A DNA stretch of 64,000 bases, taken from assembly GCA_965249275.1 (NCBI GenBank), contig CBDFLQ010000006.1, positions 192,001 to 256,000 on the forward strand. The letters run 5' to 3'. A program made the position numbers and the translations under genes. Origin of the DNA: Dehalococcoidia bacterium. Its GTDB lineage: Bacteria > Chloroflexota > Dehalococcoidia > Plut-88900. Under the pieces are notes generated by a model. That model was given only the letters and a program-made list of their open reading frames with translations, did no database searches and was not told the DNA's origin. The first letter of the stretch is position 1. The number at the start of each line of letters is the position of its first letter. This document shows positions 58,884 to 64,000 of this stretch, one piece after another.

Positions 58884-60092
58884 TTAGATTACGCCGGCCG
58901 TCTTCAATTCTTCGAACTTGGTCCCGTTTATTCCCAAAATCTCATTTAACACTTCCGCCGTATGCTGTCCCAGCAGCGGCGCCGGCTCCATCTCAAAAGA
59001 TGAATGCGCCAGCTTTATCGGATCGGCTATGATCTTGAACTTGCCCCGCTGCGGGTGGTCCATGTCCACTATCATCCCCCGCTCGATTAGGTGTTTGTCC
59101 GTATGGATGTCCTCGGCATTGAGCATTGCTCCACACGGAATACCGGCCCCGCCTATCTTCTCCATCACCTCGTACTTCGTGTACTGCATCGTCCACTCTT
59201 CGACAAGCATGTTAACCTCCAGGCCGTTCTCGCGTCGGGCCTGGCTGGTGCTATAGCGCGGGTCTCCAATCAAGTCATCCCGACCCATCACCTTCAGCAG
59301 CTTGGGCCACATGCTGTCCCCGATAACTGAGCTTACATATATAAAAGCGTAGTCGTCAAAACCGCCGGGCGCACAACGGAAGATATCCCCTGGAAACACG
59401 CCGGCGGTCGTCGTCCCCCGACGGTCGGGTGCCTTGCCGGTCATGTTGTACGTCATCATCATCACCCGCCCCAGGTTCACCACCGCGTCCTGCATCGAAA
59501 CTTCCAGTTCCTGTCCGACCCCCGTGGCCTGCCTCTGCCACAACGCCGCCATGATCCCCAACGCCGTGTGGTACCCAGTCCCGATATCTCCGGCGGTAAT
59601 ACCCATCAGCGTAGGAGAACCACCCGGGTGCCCTGTCATCGCCGCCGCCCCGCCGGCCATCTGCGCGATCATGTCGAAGCTCTTGAACCCACTGTACGGC
59701 CCGTACGTCCCGAACCCCTTCACCCGAGCCAGGATTATCTTCGGGTTGACCTCCGACAGCACGTCGAAAGTAAGTCCTAACCGTTCCAGGGTTCCGGGGC
59801 CAAGGTTCTCAACAACAATATCCGCGTTCCGAACGAGGTCAAGAAATATCTTCTTGCCCTCTTCGGTCTTTACATTCAGGGTCAGGCTGCGCTTGTTCGC
59901 ATTCAGTAGAAGGAAATAGTAGCTGTCCAGACCGGGCACGTCCGCCGAGGCTCGTCTCCCCGGATCGCCCTTCCCAGGTGCCTCCACTTTTATGACATCG
60001 GCACCCAACCAAGCCAAGGCCTGGGTGCAAGTTGTTCCCGCCTCGAACTGGGTGAGGTCTATTATCCTGACACCTGCGAGCGCCTTCGCCAT
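58884..60092 (-). CDS. family III CoA-transferase (Frc-like)
   Basis: DLTQFEAG, NANKRS, GDIGTG, APLLG; paralog of 16058-17263. Confidence 0.93.
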   Translation of the reverse strand: MAKALAGVRIIDLTQFEAGTTCTQALAWLGADVIKVEAPGKGDPGRRASADVPGLDSYYFLLLNANKRSLTLNVKTEEGKKIFLDLVRNADIVVENLGPGTLERLGLTFDVLSEVNPKIILARVKGFGTYGPYSGFKSFDMIAQMAGGAAAMTGHPGGSPTLMGITAGDIGTGYHTALGIMAALWQRQATGVGQELEVSMQDAVVNLGRVMMMTYNMTGKAPDRRGTTTAGVFPGDIFRCAPGGFDDYAFIYVSSVIGDSMWPKLLKVMGRDDLIGDPRYSTSQARRENGLEVNMLVEEWTMQYTKYEVMEKIGGAGIPCGAMLNAEDIHTDKHLIERGMIVDMDHPQRGKFKIIADPIKLAHSSFEMEPAPLLGQHTAEVLNEILGINGTKFEELKTAGVI

Positions 60093-60319
60093 ACGCCCTC
60101 CCGATATCCAACTACTCTTGTGCCCAATAGTATCACACCCCTCCCATCCACCCTACAAGAACATATTAAGGGATGATTCCCATTTTTCAAATGTTTTCGT
60201 TTATGGGGTGGGAGTTATTCTCTTTGTCTTGACCTCGCAGTGCATGGAACACACACCATGCCGTAGGTCTGCCTTTGGCGGATCGAAGGTCGCAAGGACG
60301 AAATGGTGTTGGAATAACC

Positions 60320-60778
60320 TCAGGAGTTCCTTACAGGAAGCTCCACCACTGCCTTCCCGCTCTTCAACACCCGAGTCCCGTGCTGGTTCTCGATCCACAG
60401 CTCGCACTCCACCACCCCACCCTCACCCTTCCCCGACACCTTGCCCTTACAAGTCAACGTGTCCCCCGGAAACACAAAATCACCATACCTGAACGAAAGC
60501 CGCTTTAACGTCCCCCCGATGCCCGCCCAATCCGTGACATGCTGTGCCAGGTACCCGCCCATCTGCTGCCCATCCAGGAACTGCGTCCTCATCCCCTTTC
60601 CATTCGCATACTCCATGTCATGGTGATAGCGATGAAAGTCCCACGTTGATGCCGCGTACATCACCATGCTGACAGTCGTTATCTCCTTAACCAACGCCGG
60701 AATCTCCTCCCCAACCTCCACATCCTCAAAATACACCCCCAACTCTCCCAAACTCATCTTTCTCGCCTTTTCAATCAT
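60320..60778 (-). CDS. MaoC-family dehydratase subunit
   Basis: YFEDVEVG, YAASTWDFHRYHHD, FPGDTL hot-dog fold; the start may instead be 60757. Confidence 0.85.
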   Translation of the reverse strand: MIEKARKMSLGELGVYFEDVEVGEEIPALVKEITTVSMVMYAASTWDFHRYHHDMEYANGKGMRTQFLDGQQMGGYLAQHVTDWAGIGGTLKRLSFRYGDFVFPGDTLTCKGKVSGKGEGGVVECELWIENQHGTRVLKSGKAVVELPVRNS

Positions 60779-60911
60779 CCTCCTACCGGACAGCTACCGT
60801 CCTTAGCCGCGGGAATTCCATATCGGTTCTAATCTCCCCCCTCGACGAGATGTTTTCGGAACCTGCGTCCAGGGGCCGGGGCCGCTCTTCCCGTCGAAGA
60901 TGCGCCGAGGC

Positions 60912-61044
60912 GTGACCTTTGCATTACCTGTGCCGGAGGGGCTGGGGCCGCTCGTGCTGAGCCCCGTCGAAGTATGAGCGGAGGAGGGGTATAGGCTCGT
61001 CTGAGCAGCAAAAAAGGGGTGGCCTTCAGCTTTGCGAAGGTCCT
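60912..61044. mobile_element. MITE-like copy (about 133 bp) nested in other repeat DNA
   Basis: GTGACCTTTGCATTACCTG ... CAGCTTTGCGAAGGTCCT ends; shares the GGGGCCGCTCGTGCTGAG..TCGAAGTATGAGCGG core; no clear target duplication. Confidence 0.55.
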
Positions 61045-61138
61045 TCGTAGGGTTGCAAATGCACCGTGCTATTGAAGACCAACGATGGTATTCACTCCGA
61101 ACAGCAAACAGGTTTGTCGTAGACCTACCCACGTCCCC

Positions 61139-61627
61139 CTACCCCTCCCTGAATATCATCGTCTCGTGATTCACCGCCAACATCTCTTCCCGCTGGTTCG
61201 TATACGTTATGTCGTATTCCAGAAAATACAGCGTCCCCGACCGGCCCTGCTTTTCACGCACATTTGTCACCTTCCAGCGAGCCGTGAGCACGTCGTTGGG
61301 GTGCAAGGGTTGGAAGAACTCGTAGTCGTTCGCCGCCCGTATCTCCATCCCGACCGGCAGCCCGAACCGCCCCGCCGCCCCACCCGTCTCGTCCACCTCT
61401 CCCACCATGTACTGCAAGGTCTCACACACAAGGGTGGGCGGAGCGATAATCCCGCCATACCGTGTCCCCGACGCATATTCCTCGTCATAGTACAGGGGGT
61501 TCATGTCCCCCTGCGCCTGCGCGAAGGAACGTATCCCAGACCTGCCGATCTCGTCGGGGGAAGTGATGGTCATCTCCCTGCCGACCATCTTCTTAAGTTC
61601 GGCTAAGACTGGGCTCCCAGTGCTCAA
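61139..61627 (-). CDS. MaoC/FAS1-like dehydratase subunit
   Basis: IRSFAQAQGDMNPLY, IIAPPT, YEFFQPL, KQGRSG, YTNQREE. Confidence 0.85.
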   Translation of the reverse strand: MSTGSPVLAELKKMVGREMTITSPDEIGRSGIRSFAQAQGDMNPLYYDEEYASGTRYGGIIAPPTLVCETLQYMVGEVDETGGAAGRFGLPVGMEIRAANDYEFFQPLHPNDVLTARWKVTNVREKQGRSGTLYFLEYDITYTNQREEMLAVNHETMIFREG

Positions 61628-61729
61628 TTCGTGGCCTCCTTGGACCTCGCGAGTATATCACCACACCCCGATTGCCCTCCCCCTTGCCTCGTGTTACCTT
61701 GCACTCACACCCCTGCTGCGGAGGCTCAC

Positions 61730-63067
61730 ATGAGCGATTATCTGGACAAGCTGTCCCAATTCGTCTCCGATACATCCTACGATACCCTCTCCCCCGACGC
61801 CCGAGCCGCCGCCAAGGACGTTGTTATGGACACATTCGGCGCGATGGTTGCAGGCAGTCGGCTCCCCGAGAATCGCGCCCTCGCCCAACTCGCCTCCGAG
61901 CGTTCCCAACCCGCCGTTGCCACGCTGCTAGGACACAACCTGAAGGCCGAACCCATGTTCGCTGCCCTATCCAATTCTGCCGCCGGTGTCGCCCTGGAGA
62001 TGGACGAAGGCAACCGTTTCGGGGGTGGACATCCCGCAATCCACTCCATCCCTGGAGCCCTGGCCGTTGCAGAAGAGATGGCAGTCGACGGCAAGAGGTT
62101 CATCGAAAGCGTAGTCGTCGGCTACGAAATCGAGTCCCGTTTCGGCGGCGCTACCAAGCCCCGGGACAACGTCCACTCCCACGGCCACTGGGGCGCCGTA
62201 GGCACGGGCGCCGCCATTGCCAAGCTCCGTGGCTACTCCCCCTACAAGGTGCGCGCCGTCATAAACCTCGCCGCCTCCATGAGCCCCGCAAACACCTGGA
62301 CCACCGCCTTCCGTGGCGCGACCATCCGCAATCTCTACCCCGCCCGATCCGGTTTTCAGGGTATCCTTGCAGCCCACCTATACGAGTGCGGTTTCACCGG
62401 CCTCGTAGACGCCCCCTCTGACGTTTTCGGCACCATCATCGGTGATTCCTTCAGCCCCGAGGCCGCCGTCCAGGGCCTCGGCGGTGAGTTGCGAATCCAG
62501 CAGAACTACTTCAAGTTCCACGCCTGCTGCCGCATCAACCACGCCTCCATCGAGGCAGTCCTGGACGCCCGAGCACGCAATGGCCTGGATCCCGACGCCA
62601 TAGAGCGCATAGACCTGCGCGTCCACAGAATGCTCGACGGAATGCTCGGCCCCTACCCCGACAACGTCCTCGCATCCAAGTTCCATGTCCCCTATGCCAT
62701 AGCCGTCACGCTAATGGAGAACAAGACCGACACCACGGTCTTCCACCCCGATGTAATCTCCAAACCCCACATCAAGGACTTTGCATCCAGGGTAAACGTG
62801 AAGATGGACCCCGAATTGGCCGCCGCTGGAGACCCTGGCCCCTTGGCCCAGGCCTCCATCCTCCTGAAAGACGGCAGCACCATCCACGGCGAGACCGGCA
62901 CTCTCTGGGGAGATTACGGCAACCGAGCCCCTCGCTCCCAGCTCCTCGACAAAATCCACTTCCTCTGCGACGACATCCTGGGCGCGGACAGCGTGAACCG
63001 GCTGGTCGACTGCACCGCGAAATTGGACGAAGTATCGGACGTCCGCCGGCTTACCGCCCTGGCCTAG
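61730..63067 (+). CDS. MmgE/PrpD-family protein
   Basis: ALEMDEG...GHP, GYE, HSHG, YFKFHACCR, SKFHVPY; GGAGG RBS before MSDYL. Confidence 0.92.
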   Translation: MSDYLDKLSQFVSDTSYDTLSPDARAAAKDVVMDTFGAMVAGSRLPENRALAQLASERSQPAVATLLGHNLKAEPMFAALSNSAAGVALEMDEGNRFGGGHPAIHSIPGALAVAEEMAVDGKRFIESVVVGYEIESRFGGATKPRDNVHSHGHWGAVGTGAAIAKLRGYSPYKVRAVINLAASMSPANTWTTAFRGATIRNLYPARSGFQGILAAHLYECGFTGLVDAPSDVFGTIIGDSFSPEAAVQGLGGELRIQQNYFKFHACCRINHASIEAVLDARARNGLDPDAIERIDLRVHRMLDGMLGPYPDNVLASKFHVPYAIAVTLMENKTDTTVFHPDVISKPHIKDFASRVNVKMDPELAAAGDPGPLAQASILLKDGSTIHGETGTLWGDYGNRAPRSQLLDKIHFLCDDILGADSVNRLVDCTAKLDEVSDVRRLTALA

Positions 63068-64000
63068 AAGGGCGCGGGCATCGGCCCGAGCGGCACCTCG
63101 ATTAGCACAGGGCTGTCCAACTCGATGGCCTTATTGAGCGCCGAGCCCAGCTCTTCCGGCGACTCTGCCTTCATCCCGACAACCCCATAGGCCTCGGCCA
63201 GTTTCACAAAGTCCGGGTTCTTCAACTCGGAGCCAATTGTCCTGCCGTTGAACATCTCTTTCTGGTCTCGCAGCACGTTCCCGAACGCCCCGTCATTAAA
63301 CACGATGCCGATTACGTTAATCCCGTACTGCGCCGCCGTAGCCAGTTCCTGCGAGTTGTATAGGAATCCCCCGTCCCCGCACGGAGACACGACCACCTTT
63401 TCCGGCTGAGCAACCTTCGCCCCGAGAGCCGTCGGGTAAGCAAACCCCAGGTTCCCCGCATACGACGACGTGAAGTACGTCCGCGGCTCATAAGCCTGGT
63501 AATAGGCCCTTGAATAATATCCGACCTGCGTCATGTCCGGCACAAGAATCCCGTCCTCTGGTATGCACTCCCTGATCGTCCGCACAAACCCACCCAGGGG
63601 CTCGACCTGGTTTGCTGGGTCGTAGCGCTGTGCCCTGAGCGTCTCGCATTCCTCCCTCCGAGAGTCCGCCGGAGGGCCCACTTCCCGGCACCCCTCCAGA
63701 ATTCTTTGCAGAGCCAGTTTGGCGTCTCCAGCCACACCTACGGTGTCGGTATGGTTACGCCCTATCTCCTGCTCGTCGATGTCTATCTGCACCACCCTCT
63801 GCCCTTCCAGCGCCTCCACCCCCGCAAATCTCGTCCCCACTGCCAGAATCACGTCCCGCTCCCAGAAATACATCCGCAATGCATCCCGGGTCTGCCCCGT
63901 AGAACGCCCCCTCGTAACCCCTATCGAAAGAGGGTGCCTGTCAGAGATCGCACCTTTCCCCTCCGGCGTCGTGATTACGGGCGCCTGCAGATACTCAGCC
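63064..64000 (-). CDS. thiamine-diphosphate enzyme, acetolactate synthase-like (truncated by window end)
   Basis: GKGAIS, AVGTRF, GNLGFAYPTALG, GDGGF...FND TPP motif, NPDF; frame is open to the window end. Confidence 0.92.
   Translation of the reverse strand, partial: AEYLQAPVITTPEGKGAISDRHPLSIGVTRGRSTGQTRDALRMYFWERDVILAVGTRFAGVEALEGQRVVQIDIDEQEIGRNHTDTVGVAGDAKLALQRILEGCREVGPPADSRREECETLRAQRYDPANQVEPLGGFVRTIRECIPEDGILVPDMTQVGYYSRAYYQAYEPRTYFTSSYAGNLGFAYPTALGAKVAQPEKVVVSPCGDGGFLYNSQELATAAQYGINVIGIVFNDGAFGNVLRDQKEMFNGRTIGSELKNPDFVKLAEAYGVVGMKAESPEELGSALNKAIELDSPVLIEVPLGPMPAPF

Overview
A GC-rich bacterial chromosome segment with about 55 genes. The gene content points to Chloroflexota, probably Dehalococcoidia/SAR202-like (inferred from four luciferase-like monooxygenases, tandem amidohydrolases, two family III CoA-transferases, selB and nurA-HAS-herA). 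Core content: proS (partial), a TetR-headed classical menaquinone cluster (menF, menD, menH, inverted menC, menB, menA; no menE), polA followed by a frameshifted mutM, rsmD-coaD, sdhA-sdhB with an HdrB-like CCG anchor, a carboxyltransferase plus a 5S/PycB-like protein with two biotinyl domains followed by icd and mdh, folP-folK, ychF-hemW and selB-nurA-HAS-herA. Accessory genes are two toxin-antitoxin pairs, Mrr, and an HsdR_N-type nuclease fused to four transmembrane helices. I found no tRNA, rRNA, CRISPR array or transposase. The most unusual signals are non-coding: (1) a ten-hairpin array with covarying stems and fixed linkers at 30624-30940, behind a LexA-box-like promoter and between the two nuclease genes; (2) two copies of a module made of a compensated 19-bp hairpin plus a G-quadruplex motif; (3) a 130-153 bp MITE family with 5-bp target duplications that inserts into REP loops, one copy of which duplicated the menD start codon and created a coupling uORF. 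All calls come from reading the sequence by eye; no database search was run.
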